DNA from: Octopus vulgaris
Lineage: Eukaryota
DNA: 64,000 nucleotides
Direction of reading: 5' to 3'
Assembly (NCBI GenBank): GCA_951406725.2
Contig: OX597815.1
Location: forward strand, 181,474,001-181,538,000
Numbering within the stretch: the first letter of the stretch is position 1; every line of letters starts with the position of its first letter. The position numbers and the translations under genes are program-made. Shown in pieces: positions 11,326 through 26,583 of the stretch. The notes under the pieces were generated by a model. That model worked only from the letters and a program-made list of their open reading frames with translations. It was not told the DNA's origin and searched no databases.

Positions 11326-11595
11326 ATACATCTGAACATTTTGCAAGAATAACATGAAAGACTGAAGTAACTCACAAAATATGGAGATATGTATATCAAG
11401 ATCCATATTTAATGTTCAATTTAATGAAATTGAAGTTTATGATAATAAACTAAGCATAATTATAATGGGCCAATTTTAAAATCACACCTGGAATATGAAT
11501 GAAAATATAATTGATTAAAAGCAGTGGTTTTATCAGAGTTACTGTGTATTTCCTTCTTCCGAGGAAGATTGCAAAACAAGACATAGCAGAATGTA

Positions 11596-13076
11596 TCTTA
11601 CTATAATGGGCGTTATGTCCGTCCGTCTGTCTGTTCCCTCTTGACGGTCAAATGGCTGGACCAGTGGTCACGATGTTTTTCGGGATTATGAAGGAGGTAA
11701 TCAGGAATGATTTTAGCGAAAAATATGTGAAAAAAATATATGATTATTTAATGGACATTGAGTTTTGTATTAATAAATCAACTTTGATTTTTTTTTTGCT
11801 AAAATTCCGGTGACGTGGAATTAACTCTGGATTCATTTCCGCCCCCCCCCCCAATACATTTCGTTATTCAGAGGGCTCAGATTTGCGATGCTATCCCTTT
11901 ATTTCCGATCGCAGATGGGAAGATTTGCTATCTTACCATAGTGGACGTTATGTCCATCCGTTTGTTTGTTTGTCTGTCCGTCTCTTTGTCTGTCCCCTCT
12001 TCACGGCTAGACGGCTGGACCAATATTTTTCGGGATTACAAAGATGGTCGCCAGGAAGGATTTTAGCATTAAAATTCGGAAAGTATGATTATTTCGTAGA
12101 TATCGATTTTTGAATTGATAAACCACCTTCGCGTTTTTATTAAAAATTCACCGACCACGAGTAACTCTGGATTTTCATCGTATAGTTCGTGGCCCCGTCG
12201 TAGATACGAAGGGTGTTGCGAGGACGGTTAATAGCGAAAATCAAATGGAAGAAGTATGTATCAGTATGTGTGAGATTATTTAGTAGTTATTGAAGTGTGT
12301 CAGTCTCGAGCAGGATTCGAAACAGCTAATCGAAGCGGCTGTTGTTTACATCTCAGTTTTCTCAATCAAAATAACCAATGGTACGAGAACATCCAGACAT
12401 TATTCGTATAGAACAGTGAGAGGTAAGTCTTAGTTTGACTTTTTGCAACCCTAAAAATTCCGCTCGCGCATTCACAGCAAACAAGGAACAGGCCAGATTT
12501 TAGATTGTGTAGGTGTATTTTTACCTACTCCAATGTTTACACACGGCTAAATATACGTCGCTATGAATAGAGCAACGGATTCCAGTAATTTGAAAATTAA
12601 TGTCAACTAAACGGAAAATATCGTCAACAAAAAAGTTTTGTAATAATATTGATATTATTGAAAGGAATATGATTCATAATTTGAATAAGGAAATTTGTGA
12701 ACTTTGAATGTATAAGAGTATAAACAAGCGTAAAATAGTGTAAACAACTAAAATAAAAGTATATCTAAATAACATTTTTTTCTTAATACTTTTTATGTAG
12801 TGGTCGAAGGAAGCTCTGGCTTTCGTTAGGTGTGGTCCACTTACAGAGGTTGAGAACCTATTTCAGTTCGGGAGGGAATCGTCATCACATGCCACTTAGC
12901 CGCAAACACATGTCATTTAGCTACAATAGAATGCTGTATTACCAACAATAACGTGATTCCTCTAAGGCATCACCCAGTAATCTATCAATTCCATTTAGAC
13001 ATTTCTCAATACATACTGCTGTTAGGACTTCCCTCCTTCACTTTGTGCCTCCATCGTAGATGGGTAGATATGCTAG
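11596..13076 (+). mobile_element. Helitron remnant: head-to-tail units with a Pif1-helicase C-terminal fragment
   Basis: A|TC start at 11596, repeated at 11931. 12491-12643 translates GQILDCVGVFLPTPMFTHG*IYVAMNRAT...TENIVNKKVL*. Ends with the CCATCGTAGATGG hairpin + CTAG|T. Confidence 0.8.
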
Positions 13077-14278
13077 TGAGATTAATAATGTTTAAAAACT
13101 GAGTATTAGAAACACAAAGAGTAACAATCGAAACATCAACATATGTGATGAAATGATTAACGTGCTGTTTATTGTAAGCTTCTGAGAATAATTCAACGAG
13201 GTATTTAAGAATTGCATTCCTTCTTAATGTACAGAGATATGAATAACAAAATGAACAGATTCAGAAGAACAAAGGAATTGCGTAAAATGCGATATATTGT
13301 CAAAAACATTTTATGACCACTGCATAAATTTTCGTACGAACAGTCTGAAATCAAAAAGAGCAGGTCAAACTTTCTTGGGGATAAGAAGAATAATTTAATA
13401 ATTCCGGCAGATGAAGTATATGGCTGATATATATGTTAGTGCAGAGGACAAGGCATCGGACCCGAAACAATTTATTATAAGATTGATAAAAGTCTAATTA
13501 GTAAATGACAACTTAACTTTGTAGCACACAGTAACTGTAAGGCATTCTATAAAATATTTTATTGATATACTTGACAGAAGATGCCAAGCAGATCTAGTAT
13601 GTATTTATTTAATTTAGTTACGCAACAGACATTTGGGGAAGCCTTGGCACCCCTGGGAATATGGTATGACCAAATCTAGAAAATGAGAAAACATTTGAGA
13701 ATCATGCTTTACATTGAATCAAAGATAATACGAAAACGAAAGCCATAAAACTGATTGCAACATTATAAAACATATGTGTTGGCAGACTTAAAGCGTTTGA
13801 TTTGCCTTCAGAATTCAACAAGATATGCAAAGGAATATATGCCTAGAAGATAACAGCAATCAAAGTAAACCACAGCAAACACGATATCTTAGAATTGTTT
13901 CCATCATCAACAAGAAACCATTAATATAGATTATTCAAGAAGTGGTGAAATGAGCTTATAAGACAGTAAACCTTCTTAATAAGATTCTGTACCATCTGGT
14001 ATCGATTACAATATGAATGCTTCTGGACGAAAACCAAGGAACCAAATGAAGAGTGATCTTGATTTATACAGAAAGTGCTTTAAATTTGTACAATTTGTCT
14101 TAGAAACAGAAAAATAGTTACGAAAAGAGGGGAAGATTTAGTATTTTGGATATCATCCGAAAATACTGTAAAGTATAAATTGATAAAATAAATCAATTAT
14201 TTATCTTACATGATGAATATTAATTTTTTCCCCAATCAAATGTTCAATACATGGCAAAATCAAATGAATATACACCCT

Positions 14279-14781
<503 letters not shown>

Positions 14782-14968
14782 AAAATATTGTGGTATTTAT
14801 TTTTTCGTATACATAGGAAGAAAAACAAAAAATTAAAGTCATAAAGATTTAAAATCGAAACGTAAATATAGGATTTAAAATACTATCATTCTGCCATTTT
14901 AGCTTAATGAATTTCAGCTGAAATTTTAGTCGATTCATTGAACTTCAGTTCATAACAGATCTATATTA

Positions 14969-15580
14969 TCTACCTATATAAAAGAGGAAAAAAAACTTGC
15001 ACACTTTGGCTTTGGTAAGGATTCAATGGCACTAAACGTGCTAGGATCGAGCTGAAAATTGGCAGGGATACTAAATGCGTGGTGAGAATGCGCCCCACGA
15101 TGGTTAATATTCGCAAGCTATAAAGATGTGGTTGCTATGGCAAAAAGAAGGATTTTAAAAAAATATTTCAGCATTCAGAAATAGATACGTTGTAAGTAAG
15201 GGGAACAACTCAGTAGTTTCAATGATTACATTTACAAGTAACGACTGTACATAAATATCAAGATTACTTATCTGTTGCGAAATAATATGTGCGTGTGCAT
15301 GCGTGTGTGCGTGCGTGTGTGTGTGTATGTGTGTTTGTGCGTGTGTGTGTGTGTGTTTGTGCGTGTGTGTGTGCGTGCATACCAGCGTGAGAGTTGGCTG
15401 TTAATTCAATCGAACATAAAGAAATCAAAAAAGTAGTTTAAAAAGCAATTAATAATTTAAAGAATAATTTCACCAAACCTGATAGTATAAAAAGTAGCAA
15501 AGCATGATAAAAGATAATAAGAGTAGAAATTAATATTAATTTTAGCATATAAGGGATCCACTGAGTGGTCTCTTCTCTTG
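14969..15580 (+). mobile_element. Possible non-autonomous Helitron-like element
   Basis: ATCTACCTATATAAAAG start; terminal GGATCCACTGAGTGGTCTC hairpin followed by CTTGT. Confidence 0.35.
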
Positions 15581-16956
15581 TATAATATAAAAGTCTACTG
15601 TGCCAAAAAATTGAACCTAAGTCATAGAAGAATCGAAATTTATAGGCGATGGTATATATTCTTACTCTCTATTATTCCTTGAAGCATCTCTACCTACTAA
15701 CTTATATAATATTGATTTCAAACTTAGGTTCAGACCATTAATCTCAATGAAGGACGTAGTTAGTGTTGGAGTGATTAAGTTGACACTAAAATTTTACAGA
15801 TATTTATTTTAATGATCTGGAAGGTTGAAAAGTGAAAATCTCTTTAGGAGGGATTAGAATTCAGAACAATAAAATATGTCCAAATATCGCAAGGTATTTA
15901 ATACTTCACATGATTGATTGTGCTAGTCATTGGCCTTTTGAAGCTTAATGAATATTAAAATATTAAAAGCATCAATGCAAATGCCTGGAAGAACAAATTA
16001 CATAAGGAATTAAACTTGTGTATAAGTATCGTATTATTAGCTAAATCAATGAAGGTAATAACAGGATTAATATTCTGTAAATTTCTAAATTAGTTTCACA
16101 ACGAAAAGAACTAAAAGAAAAAGAACAGAAAACAACGAAAAACATTACTCTGATTGAGAATTATTAATTATCGATTTAATTCGTTTGCAAGGAAGCAAAA
16201 ATCTTTGGAAATTATTCTAATTGATAATGTTTTCTTTTTTTCCTTTTCTTACTTTGCTCCTCTCAGAGTTTCCTGAAAGTCATCTCTTCTTGCCATCCAA
16301 AACCAACATGTCAGCTAAAGTACTAAGCGATTAATGAGATCAGAGAAATTTAAGAATATTTGTTTGGACTAACAATAATGAATCGTTTCTATTGATTCTC
16401 AAACATATTACACGAAAAAGAAAGAAAAAGACGCAAGAAGTAATAGTACTAACATCAGAAACGTCAGTAAGAGCAACTGTAGCATCAATCACCAGCCGAA
16501 AGAATGGTATTAGAATTAGACATGAACATTAGTTGAAAGATAAAGGATGAAAAATGCAGAGGTGTTTTACTAAGATCAATAATTACTACTAATAAAAAAC
16601 ATTAATGGCTGTAGCAATAAGAAATACAATTCGATCGATAATATGCACGGGGTTAATAACGGAAGTGTTAGGCACGCCAGCGCAATTTTCTCTTGCACTA
16701 ACACTGATAGCCTCGTCACCAGGACAAAGTGCAAAATCTAATGTGAAAAATAACAAAAACTGCTATGATAACAACATGGATAATCGAGATTTCTTACGCT
16801 GGTACACATCGACGAATTCACTGGTTAGATCGGTTGTAGCGGAATAAAGGGCCAAACCGATTAGAGGCAGTTTTAAATACACGATGTAAAAGAGTCGAAA
16901 ATACTGGAAGGGCTTTAATTAGGCGCTCTATCACTTCTCTTACTCCTCCTTCTCGT

Positions 16957-17058
16957 CTACTACTACTACTACTACAAGAAGAAGAAGAAGAAGAAGAAGA
17001 AGAAGAAGAAGAAGAAGAAGAAGAAGAAGAAGAAGAAGAAGAAGAAGAAGAAGAAGAA
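16957..17058. repeat. (CTA)n/(GAA)n microsatellite
   Basis: Direct reading. Confidence 0.97.
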
Positions 17059-17500
17059 CGGCTTCTTTATTAAATACAAAGGGCTAAGAAAAAGATCTTA
17101 GAAGGTACAGGACGATACGGTGGTTGTATTACATATAAAATGCGTAAACTAGAGAAAGGACAAAAACCAAAAACAAAAAAGAAATGAAACAGAGGAAAAT
17201 ACCTCAGCTCTGAAAACAGAGAATTAATGCTTCACGTTGAAGCATGAAATATTCCGAATCAACCGCGCACCATAATGTGTTTAAAGTTTGATTCAGTACA
17301 AGGAATCCTGGTTTCGTCGGTGACAACTTCATGCACATTTAGTCATCCAAGATCTTTGAGCAAGTGACTTTGCTTCCAAAGCGATCTTAAGGTGCATATA
17401 TCGAAGGTTACAGCGATATTTGTTGGAGAAAAGAGAGTGTGAGAAGTCATTTACTTTTGTCTGGAAAAAGAGCACGTAATCTTAGACTACTTGTTTAGAG
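17059..17500 (-). mobile_element. Possible decayed Tx1/L1-like LINE 3' end abutting (TTC)n
   Basis: Minus-strand end AGCCCTTTGTATTTAATAAAGAAG resembles the 3' end of the 63266-64000 element. Residual translation TLWCAVDSEYFMLQREALIL. Confidence 0.35.
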
Positions 17501-17751
17501 GAATTCTTGGAAAGGTTCACTCAAATACTTCTATCCATTTTGTCATGGAAAATTTCTATATAGAATGAGATATTGAAATGTTTGTTTTCTATTTTTTTAA
17601 ATATTTTCCCTGATAATGGACCTCTTGTAGTAGATCTTTTGTCCCAACCTTGTCGCACGACGAAGTCTTAGAACCAAAGAGACTCCAGGGAAAGGAAAAA
17701 AAGTGCTTCTATGCATGCTTTTCGTTTTGGTAGATATTGTCACTATTGTTA

Positions 17752-18317
17752 TTCAGTTGTCCGGAAAGTTCGTGCCGATTTTTAAAGGAAAGAAAAAAGG
17801 TCAATAAAAACTTCCCAGTTCATTTCTAATCAACCCAATATGAATAATTTTATTGCACAATGCGTCTCCATATTTCCTTTAACTTGAAATACCCTCTTCC
17901 CAGAATTGAGGTGGTTTCATGGCAAAGAATTCATCAAGGTATCTTTTTACGTCATCCAAGGAATTGAAGTGTTTACCGTTAAGACTATTCTGCAGAGACC
18001 TGAATAATTGGAAATCCTAAGGAGCAATATCTGGTGAAGATGGAGGGTGGAGTAACACATCCCAGCCGAGCTGCAGCAATTTTCGTCTGATTCCCAAAGC
18101 AACAAGTGCCGAAAATGAACTTTCTTATCTTCCATTTTAAATGGTTACAGAATTAACACAGGTTATAGGAACATAAATCTTCTTCCACGAAAAGATAGAT
18201 TGAACTGTGCTCTAAATGGAGGTGTAGTAAAATCCTATTTTATGGACTCAACCATGTTCTAAAATAAGTCGAAATGTAAGCTACTAAAAATCGGCACGAA
18301 CTTTCCGGACAACCCAA
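17752..18317 (-). mobile_element. Internally deleted mariner element
   Basis: ~33-bp TIRs (GTTGTCCGGAAAGTTCGTGCCGATTTTTA) with TA flanks. MEDKKVHFRHLLLWE N-terminus joined to HPPSSPDIAP*DFQLFRSLQNSL (YSPDLAP motif). Confidence 0.9.
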
Positions 18318-18379
18318 TACTTCCCTTATTGTCAATTCTGTCGTTGTTTCATTACTACTTCCTGTTACAACGCTGGTTG

Positions 18380-18798
18380 CAGTGAAGTTGGTAGATTTGG
18401 CAGACACCCATAAAATTATTAACCATCTTACAAACAATAACTCTGAGCACCTTTTCAAACTCCACCTGTCTAACACCCGTGGACATGTTTACAAAGTCAG
18501 AAAACAGCACAGCTCCCATGACTTTCGGAAACATTTTTTCACGCTGAGAGTTGCTGAAGCATGGAACAAACTGCCGGCATCAGTTGTTAGTTGTCGAAGC
18601 ACGGCATCCTTCAAAACTTCCATATTTCCTGAGATTCGCCAACACTACACCTGATTTTCTCCCCTCCATATACACGCAAGCATGTATCTGACTCATACAC
18701 TGTTCACTCTCCAGACATTTGTACATTACTGCATATGCTTTATACGTACTTTTGACAAGTTGTGGTGCACCTGAGCACTGTATACAATAATTTCATTA
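18380..18798 (+). mobile_element. CR1-clade LINE 3' fragment
   Basis: DLADTHKII...TRGHVYKV...RKHFFTLRVAEAWNKLPASVVSCRSTASFK, the typical CR1 ORF2 end, plus 3' UTR. Confidence 0.9.
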
Positions 18799-18920
18799 TA
18801 TATATATTTTTATTTACTGGCAACTGTAACTTCACGAGTGAAATCTTCTCTCATGAAAACAGTAAAGAGCTTGAGTTGCTTAAAACTTCTTATCCACTTC
18901 CTGTTGGCGAGCCGTTAATG

Positions 18921-19439
18921 CAGTGGTTCTCAAACTTTTCAAAAGAATTTATACGCCGGTCCCCGATAAAATGCAGAATGATTAACATGGAAAAAATTAT
19001 ATACATTCGTGTACAGTAATGTCCAGACTGTGAACCAGGATGAAAATGGGTGTCTGGCGAAGGTGAAAGTTATGCGAGAACATGCACCGGTGAGGATAAC
19101 AACGGCGAGTGACATGCGAACACGTAGATTGCAATAGTGGAGTGGTGAATCATGTGAGCGTAGAATACTGACAACACATGCACGATCAGCCGTTAAACCC
19201 ACATATTTTCCCATTGGCCCATCGCACCTGTTGTACAACAAATGTGATTAGCAAATGAGCGTGTAGGAGTTGCGTGGGATTTTGAGGTCAACGACAAAAA
19301 AGGATTATAGCATGCGAAAAATTGAAAGTCTTGAAATTTTAAAACTAAACTGACTCAAGCCACCCATTTCCACGATATTTCAGAGTTCCTTCGTGGTCCC
19401 CCTAAAATCGCTTTGCGGTCCTCAGTTTGAGAACTAGTA
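18921..19439. mobile_element. hAT-type MITE
   Basis: TIR CAGTGGTTCTCAAACT / AGTTTGAGAACTAGTA; 8-bp TSD CGTTAATG / CGCTAATG. Confidence 0.85.
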
Positions 19440-21120
19440 CGCTAATGTATCACTATGTTTGTGTTCGAATTAAAAAAAAATATAACATAAAGTGGATGGA
19501 AATAAGGGGACAGCCCAGTCATTCAGTATAGAGGCCAGTTTCTCAATGAAACAGGACAATAGCAAATCCTTGAAAACAATTATTCTCAGGTTTTATAGAG
19601 CGAAGTGAAACCTATCTGAACAAGTCAGTAATCAATATTAATTGTTTCTTAACTGGGAAAAAGGCCAACAATTTTGAGAAGCCAAGGCTAATGGATCAGA
19701 TCGATCTCAGTACTTCAATGAAACGTTATTTTGCTGATCCCATAAAGACGAAAGGCAAAGTTCACATCGCTGGGATTTAAACTGAAAACAAAGAACCGGA
19801 AGAAAATTTTTCCCGATGCCCTAATGACTGAAGAAGCTCAATCGTAAACATAAAACAGATTAATTACTCATAAATCTACTTGATTAAAGATGGGATCGGT
19901 TTAAATATCAATGATAGAAACATGCCAAGAAATGCAATTTTACGTAAACATGACTGATTCGTATCACCAAGGGAGCAAATAGTTATATAATTTATATCTT
20001 ACTTATAAGTTATTAAGTGAATACAAGAATGTTTTATCTAAAAAATAAAAGAAAGCAGAACGAAATATATACATAAAAAATTGTAACAAACTACATCGTT
20101 CACTAAATTCCAATTTCTATTCATGTGCAATAACTGAACACCTGGTTGCCTTACCGTATTAATCCTGTCAGATCTATTCACTTCTGTAACTATCTCTTTC
20201 AAGTGGTTTAGCAAAAAATGAAGAAAAAATATTACTTTATTAGGTAAATATATTGTTCGACTTTTCTATAGAGTGTTAAGGCGTCAGGACCACATCAATC
20301 ACTTTGTAATAGCTTTTAAAGAAAATTTGTTTTAAACATTCTGAATTGAGTTTGCATTTTAATCTCCTTTTCATTTGTGATAAAAGAAACATGTTCAGAG
20401 GTCAAATAGAGGTAATTTGAGGTAAAATATCTCGTTAGGATTATAAGGTTGCGAATATTAAGTTTTTATGTAAATAAAATATCATGTCAGGATATTGCTT
20501 TCGGATGTAAGCTATCTAATACCTTGTTAGTATTTATTACTAACTTACCAAAAGACCGTTAGTGAGAATTTGGTTTATTAACAAATAAGATGATTAATAG
20601 ATTACTCGGTTGATAATAGGCGCTGTCTAGTTTTCGAGCGCAATTCGATTTTGATGGAAGAGTCCTATATTGCACTTGATATGTTATGTTTGATTTACAA
20701 AACAAACTACATTCATGCGCTATCGAGTGTAAATGCAATCTGAAGTGAAAGAGTATGTAAACTTTAGTCAGAATGTAAAATTAAATACTGTGCAACCAAA
20801 CAAACTTTTCCATTCATATGATGCCACAGGAAATTGCAACTTAAGCACTTCGAAGGTTCACAAAAGTGAAAATGTTCGTATTGCAAATACGCGAACTGAT
20901 TGTTAATAAAATCAGAACAATGGAATAATCAGTCGTGAAAGCTTTGTAACTGTAATTGCTTACTGAAAGGGGAAAATGGAGAGAAATTTAATACTAGAAA
21001 ATTTAATTGACCAACTCGAGCAAAGCTAAAATAGATTTGTAGCCGGTGTGCTTTAAAAATAATGGTTTCACCTAAGACGGGACATTCAGATAAGTTGTGC
21101 TTTATTTTTTTTTATATATT

Positions 21121-21322
21121 CTTTTCTTCTTTTATTTGCTTCAGTCATTTGACTGCGGCCATGCTCGAGCATCGCCTTTAATCAAGTAAACCGACCCCCG
21201 GACTAATTCTTTGTCAGACCAGTACTTATTCTATCGGTCTCCCTGGCCGAACCGCTAAGTGGGATTGAGCCCAGAAACATGTGGTTGGTAAGCAAGCTAT
21301 TTATCACACAGCCAGTCCTGCG
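21121..21322 (-). mobile_element. SINE family C, internally deleted
   Basis: Head joined directly to the CTTAGCGGTTCGG tail segment. Confidence 0.8.
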
Positions 21323-21334
21323 CATATATATATA

Positions 21335-21385
<51 letters not shown>

Positions 21386-21459
21386 AGCGAAGATGATAGA
21401 TAGATAAATGGATATATGAATAATGTTCAAATTAAATATTAAAAAAAAACATAGGCTTA

Positions 21460-21905
21460 GTAGTGGCTGTGGGGTAAGTAACTTGCTTACCAGCCACATG
21501 GTCCTTTGTTCAGTCCCAATACGAGGCACCTTGAACAAGTGTCTTACACTATACCTTCGGGTCGACCAAAGCCTCGTGAGTGGATTTGGTAGACGGAAAC
21601 TGGAAAAAAGCCCATCATATATGTATATAATTGTATGTGTATGTGGTTGTGTATGTTTGTGTGTGTGTATGTTTGTGTGTGTATATGTTTGTGTGTCTGT
21701 TTGTCCCCCCCAGCATCGCTTGACAACCGCTGCTAGTGTGTTTATGTCCCCGTAAAGTAGCGGTTCGGTAAAAGAGACCGATAGAATAAGTGCTAGGCTT
21801 ACAAAGAATAAGTCCTGGGGTCGATTTACTCAACTAAAGACGGTACTCCAGCATGGCCACAGTCAAATGACTAAAACAAGTAAAAGAATAAAAGAAAGAA
21901 TAAAA

Positions 21906-21909
<4 letters not shown>
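21460..21909 (+). mobile_element. SINE family C
   Basis: Full-length match to 14376-14781. Confidence 0.9.
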
Positions 21910-21952
<43 letters not shown>

Positions 21953-23179
21953 TATATACGCACACATACTATACATGTTTGTATGTGTGTGTGTGTGTGT
22001 GTGTGTGCGCGTATTTTCCCTATGGATTCGTGGAATTTGACGTATGATGTATCAAAAGAGTCACTAATCTTTCGGCTACCAAATAAAGTATGTTTTTTTG
22101 CACAACTACTCTTTTTTACAATAAAAATTACCTCGTAAATGAGGTCGGGTTGCACAATTTTTAGGTCTTTATGTAAGGGAGACAACTCTACCCAAACAAT
22201 CTTAAAATACATGGAGTTTTACCAGGGAATGAAACTTCGAAGATATACCGTCAACTTTATTTAATATTATTTAGTAGATAATCTTTTAATGTGAAGTATG
22301 TTTATCTGTGTTTTGTTTAGCCAAGAAATACTGTAAACCCGTGTCTTTCTTGTGACGAAAGGGTGTATTTTAAGAGTGATTTGGCTGTTATTTGTAGTAG
22401 CTCAAGTTATCACAGACACACTTCTATATGCGTGTGCACGTGTTGTGGTGAAAAAAGTACTTTTTCTCAGAATATTTTGCACAATAATATTTAAAGAAAT
22501 CTGGACATCTTTCTTACTGCTAACCATTCAACTTCAAATTACAATTGTTAATTGTTGGAAGTCAGGCAGACTGACATGTACATATAGTGTTATCGTAAAG
22601 AGTGTGGAAGTTCAATACGAAGTTTTGAACTCATTATCTTGTGGTTAGTAATCCATTACCTTAAATTTGAAACCATTAAGTCTTTAAAAATTATTTTACT
22701 GGGTTTAGTCTTTCGACTGTCGCCATGATGAGGTATCACCTTCAAAAATTTAATTGATCATACTAACATCACTGCGTATTTCAATCTGGCATTTATTTTA
22801 TAGATCTCTGCTTCATGAACTGCTAACTTTGAGACATAGTGGGACACAATACTTGATGTAACAACAAATGCAAACACACAAACACACACGCATATATTAG
22901 GTGCAAGATTAGCTATGTGGTTGAGAAGTTTGCTTCCCAACCACATGGTACCTTAGGTACTATAGTCCGAAGCCAACGACAGACTTGTGACTGAATATAG
23001 TTGGCGGAAACTGCAGCGTTGTTCATAAGAAAAAATGGCCGAAAAACATGTTTATAAAGAGGAGTTGATTGCTTCAACCTCATCGTGTGCTGATTCTACC
23101 CATAAGAATAAAATAAAACAATATGACTGTAGGTCATAACACCCGGGCAACGCCGGGGTGCGTCATTCATGTGCACATG

Positions 23180-23285
<106 letters not shown>

Positions 23286-24382
23286 AATTAGAAGAAATAC
23301 ACCTTTTACCAATTCAAAATGAAAAATTAGATTACACCCATCTAGAAAATTACATATAATAGAAATATTAAATATAAGATAAAAAATATAACGATGATTA
23401 AGTAATGTGCAAAATAATAAATAAATCGTATATATTTGGTGTATATATATATATATATATATATATATGCAGTGAGAATTTACCAAAAGCAAGACGAACA
23501 TGGGTGTGTAAACAATATATATATATATAAACTTAGTAGTACAACTGCGAAACGAAATGTTGTGTCGCTGTCGGCAACTGATTCATTCATTCTATCTTAA
23601 TATCAATATAACTTTTAACATATATGTAGAGATTCTAAGCCATTCTCTTAATTATAGTAAATCACGAATATGTTCTCATCGTACAAACATTCATTTATTC
23701 AAAGATATACAGATACACCGGCTTACTGACACACGGGCATTCCAGCACCACTCCACACCCGATATTTTATAAAGCATAAAATATGATTTTTTTCCATAAA
23801 GGCCAGCTTGCAATGCATTCATTGAAGCGAAACCAGTCAGTTATTTTCTTTTTTTTCCAGTATCTGTCAACCATGAAACTGATTTCAACGTATGTTCTCA
23901 GCATTAATGGTGAACAAGACTACACTTACCATCGTTTGTGTGAAAATGTATTGATATAAAGTTGACTAAAATATTATCTTTTGTATGAGCTTGGTATATC
24001 ACTAAATGTACGCATCAAAGACATACGCTTTTATGGTTTTTGTTATTGCCACCAAGACTGCAAATGTATAATTGCGAACTTACAAAAGTTACGTATGTTT
24101 TATTGCTAAGCTATACATTTTCTCATTCGGCTTGAATACCAGGCGATTTTAACAATGGTCTTGACAATCAAACAATGTTACTCTGACAACTCGCGATTCA
24201 ATATATTTACATCATTCGGTGACCTCAGATATTGAACGTCTTTCCGTTTTTCTCTGCCTTCCAATCTCTACTTCCCCCATCATATTAATTTCTCCCCGAC
24301 TGTCTGTCTTTCTTCCTGCTTTTTTTTTCTCTGTCTCTCTCTCTCTGGCATCATATTTCTCATACTTTTTTCAGTTGCGTAT

Positions 24383-24524
<142 letters not shown>

Positions 24525-25198
24525 CGCGATCATTTATATGCATATGCACAAGAATAGAGGTTTTTATATGCTATATTGAATTGTGATTCGTGCAGCTAAA
24601 CCGCGCTATTAGTAAGATTATATAAATACATAGGTATGTTTCTATACATTCGGTTCCAAAACATTCTGCTATTTCTGTATAGTTTCCAAAGTTAAATACA
24701 ACTATAGCTATAATGATACATTAGTAAAACTCAAATTACTAATGGTTGAGAAAGCTGTATGTATTCCAGGGAATGAATATTTTAACATAGGATTTCCAGA
24801 GAAAGTATTATAAAGTTAGTGATGGTCATTTATTGATTTTATACTTAGAAAAATCTCGTCATAAAATAAAGCGCAGGTCTTGGATGAACACACACACACA
24901 CATGGACATCGCATACATACATACATACGTACATACATATATACATACATAAATGCATATATAAATATATGCCCTTTGTTCTTGTTGTTTGTTCATCTTT
25001 GGTGCACATTGCTTGTAGAGCGGCCATGCTTACACTGTGAAGCCGGAAGGAAAAACTGGCACAATCAGATTCAAACTTCAATCACGTGACCACAATATTA
25101 CCAACTATAAGCGCGCATGCGCAGAAGGCTGTGTGACAATAATAAAGATAGGTTATGGTGAAAGTGCAGGTAAGTTTTGACTTCCCCTTGTATACATA

Positions 25199-26028
25199 CG
25201 AGGATGCCCAAAAGAAACGGGAAACGTCCTCTGTGGGACAAGCCTGTTGTAGTTCAGGCTAGAAGCCACTTGATGCGACCTGCAGGCATAAGTCTGCCGA
25301 ATGGCGTTGTTCAGTGGGGACATACTACCACGTGGTGTGTCTTTGTTTCTCCCCTGTTCGCCGATTTTTGCGATAGCTGACACGAAGGAACAGCGTGTCC
25401 GTGAAATTCTGTTTTCTATTAAGGAAAGTGGCAGCCTCAAATAGCTTACAAGGCTCCTGCCATGAGCAAAACACGAGTTTACGAGTGGGTTTCCTGCTTT
25501 AGGAACGATCACCTATCGCTTGAGGACCAACCTCGTTAAGGGCGCCCGTCGACCTCCCAAACAAATGAAAGTATCATGAAAATTCGTCAACTGATCTTGG
25601 AGGACCGTCACCAAGTAATTGACGAATTTGTTGATATGAATGGTTTGGCCTGGAGTTCCTGCCTACGAATTTTGAGCGAGGAATTGTGAATGAAAAGAGT
25701 TGGGGCAAAATTTGTGTCTCACTTACTCACGACAGATAGATCAGAAGCAGTCACGACTGAATGCGTGTCGTGAACTGAAAGAACAGTAGAAAGCTGATTC
25801 GCACCTTTTTTTCGAAGGTCATCATTGGTGACGAAAGCTGGTGCTATGGAATTTGCAGATGTGGAAGAGGCGAAGAAAAAAAAAAAAATGACGGAGGCAT
25901 CGTTAAAAGGCATCACCTCGCAAAGAGTTCCGGCATTGCTTCAAATGGAGAATTCTTTGAAGGCGATAACATGTAAAACCAAATGAATAAAATATTTCAA
26001 AATTCCGGTTTCTTTTGGGTACCCCTCG
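25199..26028 (+). mobile_element. Decayed mariner transposon
   Basis: TA|CGAGGATGCCCAAAAGAAACGGGAA ... TTCCGGTTTCTTTTGGGTACCCCTCG|TA. Disrupted translation MSKTRVYEW...EDQPR*GRPST...MKRVGAKFVSHLLT...IIGDESWCYG. Confidence 0.9.
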
Positions 26029-26053
26029 TATGTGTGTGTATGTTATATATACA

Positions 26054-26583
<530 letters not shown>

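Noticed and set aside
13200-14050. Possible very old Dong/R4 LINE remnant
   Set aside because: Only faint motif echoes; I could not hold an alignment by eye.
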